Shown here one piece after another: positions 1 to 9,016 of a stretch of 64,000 nt of DNA. Both the position numbers and the translations under genes were made by a program. The notes beneath the pieces are model-generated. The model did not search any database. It was given only the letters and a program-made list of their open reading frames with translations, and had not been told where the DNA came from. Origin of the DNA: Gemmatimonadota bacterium (lineage in GTDB: Bacteria > Gemmatimonadota > Gemmatimonadetes > Palauibacterales > Palauibacteraceae); assembly GCA_039588275.1 (NCBI GenBank), contig JBDHAC010000002.1, positions 1 to 64,000 of the forward strand, read 5' to 3'. Each line of letters starts with the position of its first letter. Within the stretch, counting starts at the first letter, position 1.

Positions 1-1170
1 TTCCTGACGCGGGACGAGGTGAACAACCTCGTCTTCCCCGCCAACCAGGGCTCCCAGAGCACGCTGCTGGAGGACCAACAGGTGACGGCGGCCGTGGGTC
101 GCTACCGGCGAGACATCGGGACCTCCTCCTCGTTCGGAGCCCTGTTTACCGGACGGCTGGCGGATGGGTACCACAACTGGGTGGCGGCCGTCGACGGGAA
201 CCTCCGGCTGAACAACAGCACCATCGTCGTATTCCAGTATGCGCACTCCGACACGGAGTACCCGGACTCTGTAGCGAACTCGTTCGGACAGAAGACGGGC
301 TCCTTCGGCGGAGATCTCGTGAGGCTGGGGGTCGAGCGGGCCGATCGCGACTGGCTCGCCCGTCTGAGTCTGGAAGACAGAGGGCGAGACTTCCGGAGCG
401 ACGCGGGCTTCTTGCCCCAGGTTGACCTGCGCGAGGCTGAAATCGAGCTGGCCCGGACTATCCGTGGCCGGCCCGGCGATATCTTCAGTCAGCTTCTCTT
501 CGGCGTGTGGGCAGAGTACGCCGCGGACCATGACGGCCAGGTTACGAACCGGGCGGTGGCGCTGGGGGCGAGCTATGAGGGTCCACTACAGTCCTCGGTA
601 ATGGTCGGCGTCGCTCTCGGGGACGAGTTCTTCGCCGGGCGACTCTTCGGTCTGTACGCGTATTGGCTCGACTCCCGCCTCCGACCTTCGGGAGCCCTCG
701 CGATCGACCTCAGCGGGTCTGGGGGAACGACCATCGACTTGGCCAACGCTCGGAAGGCGGATGTCCTCAACGTTGCGCCCTCGATTACCTGGCTGGCAGG
801 GAGGCGGGTGAACCTGCGGTTCAGCCACGACTTCGAGCGGCTGTCCTTCGAGGGGGAGAGGATCACCGTCGCGAACCTGTCCCAGGTCCGCCTGCAGTAC
901 CACTTCAGCACCAGGGCCTTCATGCGAGCGATCGTCCAGTACCGGAACGTGGCCCGGAATCCCGAACTGTTCTCCTTCCCGGTGGAGAAGAGTACCAAGA
1001 CCCTCTTCACGCAGTTCCTGTTCTCCTTGGAGCTGAACCCGCGGACCGTGGCCTTCGTGGGGTATTCGGACAACCGACTGGGCCTCACCGACACGAGCCT
1101 CACCGACACGGGCCTCACCCAGACGGACCGCACCTTCTTCGTCAAACTCGGATACGCCTGGCGGCCCTAG
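1..1170 (+). CDS. Outer-membrane beta-barrel protein, probably the C-terminal part of a DUF5916-family protein (5' end outside window)
   Basis: Frame is open from base 1. Alternating amphipathic beta strands, a 'DFRSDAGFLPQ' segment and the C-terminal 'FFVKLGYAWRP' resemble DUF5916 barrels. Confidence 0.7.
   Translation, partial: FLTRDEVNNLVFPANQGSQSTLLEDQQVTAAVGRYRRDIGTSSSFGALFTGRLADGYHNWVAAVDGNLRLNNSTIVVFQYAHSDTEYPDSVANSFGQKTGSFGGDLVRLGVERADRDWLARLSLEDRGRDFRSDAGFLPQVDLREAEIELARTIRGRPGDIFSQLLFGVWAEYAADHDGQVTNRAVALGASYEGPLQSSVMVGVALGDEFFAGRLFGLYAYWLDSRLRPSGALAIDLSGSGGTTIDLANARKADVLNVAPSITWLAGRRVNLRFSHDFERLSFEGERITVANLSQVRLQYHFSTRAFMRAIVQYRNVARNPELFSFPVEKSTKTLFTQFLFSLELNPRTVAFVGYSDNRLGLTDTSLTDTGLTQTDRTFFVKLGYAWRP
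1081..1125 (+). repeat. 3 x 15-bp in-frame tandem repeat (GLTDT/SLTDT/GLTQT)
   Basis: ggcctcaccgacacg agcctcaccgacacg ggcctcacccagacg. Confidence 0.9.
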
Positions 1171-1256
1171 GCGTGCCGACCCGCGAGCCAAGGCCGCCTG
1201 GGAACGACCGGGCTGGCAGGGACGCCGTAGGGATGGCGTGTTCGCAACGCCAGGAA

Positions 1257-1456
1257 CTGTCACGCTAGCTGTCACAAAGTGTGCAGGAGTGTGCTGAAGT
1301 GTACTGAGGTCAAATCGGCCAAATCAATGTGTACCCGTCACCTCCTTACACAGCGCCGAACAGGCGTGAGGCCACGGGAGGCTTTCCCAGCGCAACGAGC
1401 GCATGCGTTGCACGGGCCTGGGGCTGTTGGGACCGTGGGGCTGTTAGTGGGGCTGT
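1257..1456. repeat. Clustered short direct repeats resembling integrase arm-type and Xis-type sites (putative att-end remnant)
   Basis: CTGTCAC x2 at 12-bp period (1257, 1269); three 10-bp units AAGTGTGCAG/GAGTGTGCTG/AAGTGTACTG (1277-1306); TGGGGCTGT x3 (1419, 1436, 1448). All lie next to a broken tRNA. Confidence 0.55.
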
Positions 1457-1561
1457 ACAGCCACGGATGAGCCCCGGAAACCCGGTTTCGGGCTCCGGGA
1501 CCGATCCGTGAAAGGGCGCGAGGCTCCGGCGGATAGCCGGAAAGAGGGCTGTCTCTGGGAA

Positions 1562-1603
1562 GCTTATCAGGCGTGCGCTCTAACCAAGCTGAGCTACGGG
1601 CCC
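1562..1603 (-). tRNA. tRNA-Ile(GAT) 5' half only (truncated or interrupted)
   Basis: Minus strand reads GGGCCCGTAGCTCAGCTTGGTTAGAGCGCACGCCTGATAAGC: 5' acceptor strand, complete D arm, anticodon stem CACGC and loop CTGATAA. It then diverges (TTCCCAG...) with no T arm or 3' acceptor strand in the window. Confidence 0.88.
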
Positions 1604-1642
1604 TCGTGTATTGCGCCGGGTGGGTACCCGGTGGGGCGGGTG

Positions 1643-1671
1643 ATGGTACCGCTTCCCATCTGCTGATTCAA
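1643..1671 (-). promoter_or_regulatory. Sigma70-type promoter upstream of the tRNA-Ile fragment
   Basis: TTGAAT-N17-TACCAT followed by a GC-rich discriminator-like stretch (CACCCGCCCC), about 40 nt before the tRNA 5' end. Confidence 0.55.
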
Positions 1672-1778
1672 GATACCGCGCTACGTCCGATTACCGCCTA
1701 ACGAACGATCATGTGTTCGTGTTTATGGGGGTCAGTTGCCGACCGGCTCCCTGCGTGAGTGTGGCGTGGAGATCGATA

Positions 1779-1804
1779 CGAAGTTCGGGGATCCCTGAAC
1801 CTCG
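1779..1804. terminator. Stem-loop downstream of the small acidic ORF
   Basis: CGAAGTTCGGGG-AT-CCCTGAACCTCG imperfect hairpin; no clear U-tract. Confidence 0.35.
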
Positions 1805-1855
1805 GGGGCTGGCCGCTCTCCCCGTCGAGACAGCTCGCCGGGATCCCGCCGTCTA

Positions 1856-2047
1856 TTACCAGTCGTCATCGAGGTCCTCGAGGTCCTCCCACTCGTCGTC
1901 GTCCCAGTCGTCTTCTTCGTCCTCCCAACCTTCGTCCTCATCCTCCCAATCGTCCTCCCAGGACTCGGCTTCTGCCCGTGGTCCGAGGACGGCGAAGGGC
2001 GAACCAGGCTCGGGGGTCTCAACGGAATCCACGGGCTCGTACAGCAT
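1856..2047 (-). CDS. Small (63 aa) extremely acidic, Trp-rich protein
   Basis: AAGGAG RBS before ATG 2047, double stop TAATAG, tail WEDDWEDEDEGWEDEEDDWDDDEWEDLEDLDDDW. Confidence 0.7.
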   Translation of the reverse strand: MLYEPVDSVETPEPGSPFAVLGPRAEAESWEDDWEDEDEGWEDEEDDWDDDEWEDLEDLDDDW

Positions 2048-2161
2048 GGGCGCGCAGTCTCCTTTTTGGGCTCCTGACATCTCGGGTTTCTGGCCTCGAC
2101 TCGAAGATGAGGTGGTTCGGCGCCTGCAACGGTTCGTCCCCTGCCCTGCACCGTTTTTCGC

Positions 2162-2190
2162 TTATTAGAGCAGCGTTGTCCTTCTGTCAA
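2162..2190 (-). promoter_or_regulatory. Putative sigma70 promoter for the acidic ORF
   Basis: Perfect TTGACA, N17, weak -10 TAATAA. Confidence 0.4.
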
Positions 2191-2268
2191 GAGGAGCTAC
2201 AGGAGTGCTGCGAGGGGCCTTTGATCGTGGTTGCTCGCGCCCCCACCCGCCGTCTACTTTGCGCTGCT

Positions 2269-3327
2269 ATGCGGAACACAACCGATCCTTGCGGTGGGGT
2301 GAGCAGTCCGGGAACGAGCGCACCTCGCCTCGTACCCCTTGCCGCCGGCCTCTTCGCGCTTCTCGCGGCCTGTGACATCCCCCAGGCCTGGGGGGACGCG
2401 AACAGCCTGATCGTGATCGCGCCCGACTCGCTCTGGGAGCAGGTCGCGGACACGACCTACGCGATCCTGGAGCCCACGATCTTCACGACGCGCGATGAGA
2501 AGCAGTACGTAGTCACGCAGATCGATCCCACCACCGAGCAGGCCGCCGACCTGCGGCCGTTCCGGAACGTGATCGTGTTCGGGACGGTGGACGATCCGGA
2601 CCTCGCCGCCATCGCGGAGGCGGCCGGGCGTACCTTCGAGTCGGTGCCGACGCCGGAGGTCTTCCAGGCGCGGGATGTATGGGCGCGCGGTCAAACCGCG
2701 ACCGCCGTGGTGCTCCGCCCCACCCGCGAGGTCGAGGGTTGGGTGTCGCAGTTGCCGGCGGTCCTCGCGATGATCGATTCGAGCTATCGCGACTGGGTGA
2801 GGGCCAAGATGTTCGTGACTCCGCCCGACACGGCGCTCGCAGAGGATCTCGCGCGCCGCTTCGGTTTCTCGATGCTCATCCCGGCCGTGTACGATCGCGT
2901 CGCACGCGGGAGCGAGAGCGGGGACAGCCTCGTGATTCTCCGAAACGACAACCCCGACCCCAGCGTGCTCATCCGATCGATCCTGGTGGAGCCGCGCGCC
3001 CGGGTAGACTCGCTGACCGCCGAGATCGCGCTCGATTGGCGCGCCGGAATCGACAGCGTCCATTACAACGTGGCACAGGGGATGAGAACAGACCGCTCAG
3101 CGGTCACTCGCTTCAGCATCGATGGCCATCCCGCTCTCGAAGTGACGGGGATCTGGGAAGATGAGGAGGGCGACTTCCCCGCCGCGGGACTGTTCCTCGT
3201 GTGGCTCGTGGACTGCCCAACCCGCACGATGTTCATCGATGCCTGGCTCTACGCGCCGAACGAGAGCAAGTACGAGTACTTGCTGCAATTGCAGGAGATT
3301 CTCGGCTCGTTCCGGTGCGTTTCATAG
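2269..3327 (+). CDS. DUF4837-family lipoprotein
   Basis: Lipobox LAAC. Segments 'A.G..NSLIV', 'DVWARGQ', 'G.WE......AG.F' and 'YAP..SK...L.QL' match my recollection of DUF4837. The ORF-track start at 1759 is an unlikely extension. Confidence 0.75.
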   Translation: MRNTTDPCGGVSSPGTSAPRLVPLAAGLFALLAACDIPQAWGDANSLIVIAPDSLWEQVADTTYAILEPTIFTTRDEKQYVVTQIDPTTEQAADLRPFRNVIVFGTVDDPDLAAIAEAAGRTFESVPTPEVFQARDVWARGQTATAVVLRPTREVEGWVSQLPAVLAMIDSSYRDWVRAKMFVTPPDTALAEDLARRFGFSMLIPAVYDRVARGSESGDSLVILRNDNPDPSVLIRSILVEPRARVDSLTAEIALDWRAGIDSVHYNVAQGMRTDRSAVTRFSIDGHPALEVTGIWEDEEGDFPAAGLFLVWLVDCPTRTMFIDAWLYAPNESKYEYLLQLQEILGSFRCVS

Positions 3328-3420
3328 GCAGGCCACTGAAAGGCTCGAGCGGGTCGCCCGGGGTTCTCGACGGCCTGCCAGGACTCCTGCGCGGCGATAG
3401 TCGCGCCCTAGATAGCTGAC

Positions 3421-6400
3421 ATGCAGTTCGTCCACCTTCACACGCACAGCGAATACTCGCTGCTCGACGGCGCCAACCGGATCGACGAGCTGATCGATCA
3501 GGCCATCGAGTTCGGCATGCCCGCCCTGGCGCTCACCGACCACGGCAATCTGTTCGGCGCGTGGGAATTCCAGGAGAAAGCGCGCAAAGCGGGAATCAAG
3601 CCCATCCTCGGCTGCGAGGCCTACGTGGCGTACGGCGATCGACGCTCGCGCGAGAAGCCGGAGCGAGCGCCGCACCACTACGCACACCTCGTGCTGCTGG
3701 CGGCGAACAACACCGGGTACCGAAACCTGGTTCGCCTCTCCTCGATTGGATACACGGAGGGCTTCTATCGCCGGCCGCGCATCGACCACGAGGTGCTGGA
3801 GGAGTACTCCGACGGCCTCATTGCCCTTTCGGCCTGCCTCGCGGGCGAGATCGCGCGGTACCTCGCGGTCGACCGCTGGGAGGATGCCAGACGTGTCGCT
3901 GCATGGCACGCGCGCGTATTCCCCGACCGCTATTGGCTCGAGGTTCAGGATCACGGTATCCCGAGCCAGAAGAAGGTGAACGACGGGGTGTTCCAGCTCG
4001 CGGAGGAGCTCGGGCTCCCGGTCGCGGCAACCAACGACGCGCATTACCTGCGGCGTGAAGACGCGGACGCACACGACACGCTGTTGTGCATCGGCACGGG
4101 CAAGGACAAGGACGACCCCAATCGGCTCCGCTTTCACGGTGCCGAGAGCTACTTCAAGCCGGCCGCAGAGATGGCGGAGCTGTTCCCGGACCACCCCGAA
4201 GTGCTGCTGAATACGGTCGAGATTGCCGAGCGGTGCGAGGTCCAGTTCGAGCAGAAGTACCACCTCCCCAACTTCCCCTTGCCGGAGGAGTACGCGGGCG
4301 ACGAGGTCATGCTGCGGGAGCTGGCCGAGCGCGGCGCGGTCGAGCGGTACGGGGACCCGCTTCCGCCGGACGTGAAGGAACGGCTCGAGTACGAGCTCGA
4401 CGTGATCGCGAAGACCCGATACGCCGGCTACTTCCTCATCGTATGGGATTTCATCCGGGCGGCGAAGGAGCGCGACATACCCGTGGGCCCGGGTCGCGGC
4501 TCATCCGCCGGGTCGATCGTCGCGTACGCCCTCGGGATCACCGACGTCGACCCGCTCCGCTTCGATCTCCTGTTCGAACGCTTCCTCAACCCCGACCGCA
4601 TCTCGATGCCGGACATCGACATCGACTTCTGCTACGAGCGCCGGGGCGAGGTGATCGACTACGTGCGCGAGAAGTACGGACAGGAGTCGGTCGGTCAGAT
4701 CATCACGTTCGGAACGATGAAGGCGCGCGCGGTCGTACGCGATGTGGGACGCGTGCTCGGGTTCTCACCTTCCGATACGGACCGACTCGCGAAGCTCATC
4801 CCATCCACACCGGGCTTCTCGCTCACCGTCGAGCAGGCGACGCGCAAGGTCCAGGAGCTCAAGCAGGCGTACAAGGAAGACCCTCAGGTCAAGAAGCTGC
4901 TGGACTACGCCACCCGGATCGAAGGGCTCTCCCGCCACAGTTCGGTCCACGCGGCCGGAGTCGTGATCGCTCCCGGTCCGTTGGACCAGTACGTGCCGGT
5001 TTGCTCGGACACCAAGAACGGCGACGCCGCGGTGATTACCCAGTTCGACATGGTCGCGCTCGAGAAGGCGGGCATGTTGAAGATGGATTTCCTCGGGCTC
5101 CGGACGCTCACCGTGATCCACGACGCCGTCGATGCGATCGCGGAGCGGCACGGGGTCGAGGTGGACTGGGACGAGGTCGGTCTGGACGACCCCACCGTGT
5201 ACAAGATGCTCGCTTCAGGGAGGACGAGCGGCGTCTTCCAGTTCGAGTCGAGCCTGGCTACCGAGAAGCTGCGCGCGATGCGGTGCGACCGGTTCGACGA
5301 TCTCGTGGCCGTGAGCGCGTTGATCCGCCCGGGCCCGCTCGATTCGGGCATGACGGACGTCTACATCCGCCGCAAGCGCGGTTTCGCACCGGTGGAGTAC
5401 CCGCACCCTGATCTGGCTCCGGCGCTGGAGTCGACGTACGGCGTGATCACGTATCAGGAGCAGGTGATGCGCGTCGCCAACGCGCTCGCGGGCTTTTCGC
5501 TCGCCGAAGCCGACGTGCTCCGCAAGGCGGTCGGGAAGAAGGACGCCAAGCTCACGGAGAAGGTCCTCAACGACTTCGTGAAGCGCGCGGTGGGGCGCGG
5601 CATTCCGGCCGAGAAGTCGAACGAGATCGCCGAGCTCATACGGACGTTCGGTCGCTATGGCTTCCCGAAGGCGCACTCGGTCGCCTACTCGATCATCTCG
5701 TATCGTACGGCGTGGCTCAAGGCGCATTACCCGCCGGAGTTCATGGCGGCGCTGCTGTCCTCCGAGATCGGGGACACGGACGCGGTCGTATCGTACATCG
5801 GCGAGGCCCGTAGCCTGGGCCTGCAGGTCCTTCCACCCAGCGTGAGCGAGTCCCGCTACCGGTTCACGGTGGTCGGTGAAGGAGACATTCGATTCGGGCT
5901 CGGGGCCATCAAAGGAGTCGGTCACTCCGCCATCCAGTCGATCATCGAGGCTCGCGAGGAGAAGCCGTTCGAGTCCTTCCTCGATTTCCTCGAACGCATC
6001 GACCTGCGGCTGAACAACAAGCGCGTAATCGAGGCTCTGATCGGCGCGGGGGCGCTGGACGAGTTCGGCGATCGCGCGGCGCTCGCTGCCGGACTCGACC
6101 TGATGCTGAACGAGGCACAGCTGCGCCGCCACGAGGCCGAGAGCGGGCAGACAAGCCTGTTTGGTGGCGAGGACCGGCCCCGCCCGGTCCCTCGTGTGCC
6201 GGCGGTGGCCGCGTGGGACGAACGCGAGCGCTTGAAGGAGGAGAAGGAGCGCCTCGGTTTCTACATCTCGGGACACCCGCTCGATCGGTACCGCGAGTTG
6301 GCCGACCTGTACGCCGTGGAAGCCAACAGCTCCAACCTCGCGGAGCTGCGGGAGCGCCAGGTCCAGGTGGCATGCGTGATCACCGAGACGGCCGTACGCA

Positions 6401-6912
6401 CCTCGCGACGGGATGGGCGGGAATGGGCGCGTCTTACGATCGAGGACTTTCGGGGCACGGCAACCGCGCTCGCTTTCGGCGATACGTGGATCCAGAATCG
6501 CGAGATCCTGTCTGACGATCGACCGGTACTCATCACGGGCACGGTGTCCGGCAATTCGCGCGATGAAGAGGATCCGCCCATCTTTATTGATTCCGTTCAG
6601 CGGTTGGCGCAGGTCCGCGCCGGCGGTGGCGTCGGCATCTGTATCGAGCTGCGAGAAGGGGACGACGTGGAGCCGGGGGCCTTCGAGCGCGCCCGCCAGC
6701 TCCTGGAGGAGGCCCCGGGCAAGGGCCCGCTCGTGCTGGAATGGCACCGCGGTGGAGGGAACGGAACGGGGAACGGTACCGGCGATCGGGGCGACGACGG
6801 GGCGCGGCCATCGAGGTTCGCGTCGAGGACGCTGCGCGTGGCGCCGAGCGCCACGTTACTCGCCGAATTGCGGACGCTTCTGGGGGATCGCGTCAAGCTC
6901 GTACGCGACTGA
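3421..6912 (+). CDS. dnaE: DNA polymerase III alpha subunit
   Basis: PHP domain HLHTHSEYSLLDG/TDHGN/ATNDAHY, GPGRGS, MPDIDIDF, LKMDFLGL, clamp-binding-like QTSLF motif. Confidence 0.99.
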   Translation: MQFVHLHTHSEYSLLDGANRIDELIDQAIEFGMPALALTDHGNLFGAWEFQEKARKAGIKPILGCEAYVAYGDRRSREKPERAPHHYAHLVLLAANNTGYRNLVRLSSIGYTEGFYRRPRIDHEVLEEYSDGLIALSACLAGEIARYLAVDRWEDARRVAAWHARVFPDRYWLEVQDHGIPSQKKVNDGVFQLAEELGLPVAATNDAHYLRREDADAHDTLLCIGTGKDKDDPNRLRFHGAESYFKPAAEMAELFPDHPEVLLNTVEIAERCEVQFEQKYHLPNFPLPEEYAGDEVMLRELAERGAVERYGDPLPPDVKERLEYELDVIAKTRYAGYFLIVWDFIRAAKERDIPVGPGRGSSAGSIVAYALGITDVDPLRFDLLFERFLNPDRISMPDIDIDFCYERRGEVIDYVREKYGQESVGQIITFGTMKARAVVRDVGRVLGFSPSDTDRLAKLIPSTPGFSLTVEQATRKVQELKQAYKEDPQVKKLLDYATRIEGLSRHSSVHAAGVVIAPGPLDQYVPVCSDTKNGDAAVITQFDMVALEKAGMLKMDFLGLRTLTVIHDAVDAIAERHGVEVDWDEVGLDDPTVYKMLASGRTSGVFQFESSLATEKLRAMRCDRFDDLVAVSALIRPGPLDSGMTDVYIRRKRGFAPVEYPHPDLAPALESTYGVITYQEQVMRVANALAGFSLAEADVLRKAVGKKDAKLTEKVLNDFVKRAVGRGIPAEKSNEIAELIRTFGRYGFPKAHSVAYSIISYRTAWLKAHYPPEFMAALLSSEIGDTDAVVSYIGEARSLGLQVLPPSVSESRYRFTVVGEGDIRFGLGAIKGVGHSAIQSIIEAREEKPFESFLDFLERIDLRLNNKRVIEALIGAGALDEFGDRAALAAGLDLMLNEAQLRRHEAESGQTSLFGGEDRPRPVPRVPAVAAWDERERLKEEKERLGFYISGHPLDRYRELADLYAVEANSSNLAELRERQVQVACVITETAVRTSRRDGREWARLTIEDFRGTATALAFGDTWIQNREILSDDRPVLITGTVSGNSRDEEDPPIFIDSVQRLAQVRAGGGVGICIELREGDDVEPGAFERARQLLEEAPGKGPLVLEWHRGGGNGTGNGTGDRGDDGARPSRFASRTLRVAPSATLLAELRTLLGDRVKLVRD

Positions 6913-6993
6913 AGCGACACCCCCTGGCACACCGCTGGATCTGCAGCGGCTGCCGACCCGGAAGCTCCTGGACCGAAGTAGAGCGCTGAGGCG

Positions 6994-7941
6994 ATGGCGA
7001 TAGAGCAGGAGAAACTGGCGGATATCCGCGGTCAGATCGAGGAGCTCCGCGAGTTGGCGCAGGACCGCGGGCTGGACGTCGAGGAGCAAATCCGCAGACT
7101 CGAGGAGCGGCTCGACCGTGGGCACGAGGACGCGGTTCGACGCCTCGGACGCTTTGACCGCGTCAAGCTGGCACGCAACCAGGAGCGACCCTTCACCCTC
7201 GACTTCATCGAGGGGCTGTTCGACGACTGGTTCGAGCTGCACGGTGATCGAGCCTTCCGCGACGACCCGGCGATCGTAGGCGGCTGGGGTTCGCTCGCGG
7301 GCCGGTCCGTGATGGTCATCGGCCATCAGAAGGGCCGCGAGATGAAGGAGAACCTCCGCCGGAACTTCGGCTCCCCGCACCCCGAGGGATATCGGAAGGC
7401 GAAGCGGCTCATGCAGCTGGCCGAGAAGTTCGGCAAGCCGGTGATCACGTTCGTCGACACGCAAGGAGCCTACCCGGGGATCGGTGCCGAGGAGCGTGGT
7501 CAGGCGGAGGCGATCGCCCGCAATCTGTTCGTGATGTCGGGACTTCGGGTTCCTCTCATCTCCTGCATCATCGGCGAAGGCGGGAGCGGCGGCGCGCTCG
7601 GCATAGCCGTCGCCGATCGCGTCCTGATGCTCGAGAACGCCATCTACTCCGTCATCTCACCCGAGGGTTGCGCGGCGATCCTGTGGCGAAGCCGCGACCA
7701 CGCCGATCAGGCGGCCGAGGCTCTCAAGCTCACGGCCGCCGATCTCCTGGAGCTGGCCGTCGTGGACGAGGTCATTCCCGAGCCTTCCGGCGGCGCGCAC
7801 GTGCGGCCGGACGAGACCATCGAGGCGGTCGGGGAGGTGCTCGCGCGACACCTCGAGGAGCTGGTGCGCCTCGACCCGGAAGAGCTCGTGACCCGGCGGC
7901 GGGAGAAATACTACCGGATGGGCGTCTGGGAGGAAGCATGA
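6994..7941 (+). CDS. accA: Acetyl-CoA carboxylase carboxyltransferase alpha subunit
   Basis: HGDR..DDPAIVGG, NFG.P.PEGYRKA, GEGGSGGAL, YSVISPEGCAAILW; classic dnaE-accA synteny. Confidence 0.98.
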   Translation: MAIEQEKLADIRGQIEELRELAQDRGLDVEEQIRRLEERLDRGHEDAVRRLGRFDRVKLARNQERPFTLDFIEGLFDDWFELHGDRAFRDDPAIVGGWGSLAGRSVMVIGHQKGREMKENLRRNFGSPHPEGYRKAKRLMQLAEKFGKPVITFVDTQGAYPGIGAEERGQAEAIARNLFVMSGLRVPLISCIIGEGGSGGALGIAVADRVLMLENAIYSVISPEGCAAILWRSRDHADQAAEALKLTAADLLELAVVDEVIPEPSGGAHVRPDETIEAVGEVLARHLEELVRLDPEELVTRRREKYYRMGVWEEA

Positions 7942-8930
7942 GGCCCCATGCAGGCCGCCCACGGAAAGGAGGCCCTACCCCGGCGCGCCCGACGAACGGG
8001 CAACCGGTGGATACGGGCGGAGCCCCGCAGCCCATCGGACCCTCCACCGCCCGGGGAACCCAGCCACCGCAGATCCTCGAGGTTCACTTCAAGGGGCTTC
8101 GCAAGGACTACTTCACGTTCCGTCACATCCTTCCCCTCGTCGAACGCGAGTTCGTGGTCGTCGAGGCGGATCGCGGACAGGATCTCGGGTGGGTCAAGCG
8201 AGCGGTGAGCGCGGACTCGCTCGCTTGTGAGGGTGGTTGCGAGGGCGTGGGCGAGCGCCAGGTGCCGCTCCCCGAGCGACGGGTGCTGCGACGTGCCGCA
8301 CCCGCGGACGTGATCCGCCTTCTCCAACTGCGAGGACAGGAGATGGAGGTGCGCCGTCGCACGCGCGCCCTCGTCCAAAAGCACGCGCTCAAGATGAAGG
8401 TGAGCGAGGCGGAGTGGCAGTGGGACCGGAACAAGCTCACCGTTTACTTCACGGCCGAGAAGCGCGTGGACTTCCGAGCCCTCGTCCGTGACATGGCCCG
8501 CACGTTCCGCACCCGCATCGAGCTACGTCAGATCGGCGTGCGCGATGAAGCCCGGCGCCTCGGTGGGTTGGGGCGTTGCCGGCGCGAGCTCTGCTGCCGC
8601 TCGTGGTTGCCCACGATCGAGCCCGTCACCCTGCAGCTGGCGAAGGACCAGGGACTGTCGCTCAACCCGAGCCAGATATCGGGCGCTTGCGGTCGCCTCA
8701 TGAACTGCCTGCGCTACGAGCACGCCGTGTATCAGCAGGCCAAGAAGCGATTCCCTCCCGTCGGCCAGCGACTCCGAACCTCGCGCGGAGAGGAGCGGGT
8801 CACCGGTTGGAATCTGTTTGAAGAGACGATCACGCTATCGGCTCCCGACGGGGAGGCGCGCACCATTCCGCTCGATAATCTGCGGGAAGAGACCCGATCA
8901 GCGGGCGGACGGGTATCCCGGGAGAGCTGA
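7938..8930 (+). CDS. PSP1/YaaT (RicT-like) Fe-S regulatory protein
   Basis: ATGA overlap with accA; YFTAEKRVDFRALV, RIELRQIGVRDEA, CRRELCC, LAKDQGLSLNPSQISGACGRLM.CL.YE. Confidence 0.92.
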   Translation: MRPHAGRPRKGGPTPARPTNGQPVDTGGAPQPIGPSTARGTQPPQILEVHFKGLRKDYFTFRHILPLVEREFVVVEADRGQDLGWVKRAVSADSLACEGGCEGVGERQVPLPERRVLRRAAPADVIRLLQLRGQEMEVRRRTRALVQKHALKMKVSEAEWQWDRNKLTVYFTAEKRVDFRALVRDMARTFRTRIELRQIGVRDEARRLGGLGRCRRELCCRSWLPTIEPVTLQLAKDQGLSLNPSQISGACGRLMNCLRYEHAVYQQAKKRFPPVGQRLRTSRGEERVTGWNLFEETITLSAPDGEARTIPLDNLREETRSAGGRVSRES

Positions 8931-9016
8931 TCGCGTCCACGACTCGTTGCTTTGGCGAGCCGCGGGAAGATTCCAGCGAACCTTCGAGACACGCACCGGA
9001 CCCCTTTCACTGACCT

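Noticed and set aside
1364..1397. GCGTGAGGCCACGGG-N7-CCCAG as the missing 3' half of tRNA-Ile
   Set aside because: It is on the wrong strand, has no TTCRA T-loop and no CGGGCCC acceptor strand; the resemblance is probably chance.
1171..1561. Group I intron interrupting the tRNA
   Set aside because: No 3' exon follows on the minus strand, and I saw no recognisable P7 core.
1759..2268. N-terminal extension of the DUF4837 ORF
   Set aside because: It is the antisense shadow of the acidic ORF, and the lipoprotein signal starts at about 2269.
3322..6747. Long antisense or alternative-frame ORFs over dnaE (and similar ones throughout the window)
   Set aside because: These are expected in high-GC DNA with few stops; they are Arg/Pro/Gly-rich, lack motifs and overlap well-supported genes.
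3421..6912. Intein in DnaE
   Set aside because: Length is normal (1163 aa) and no splicing motifs are visible.
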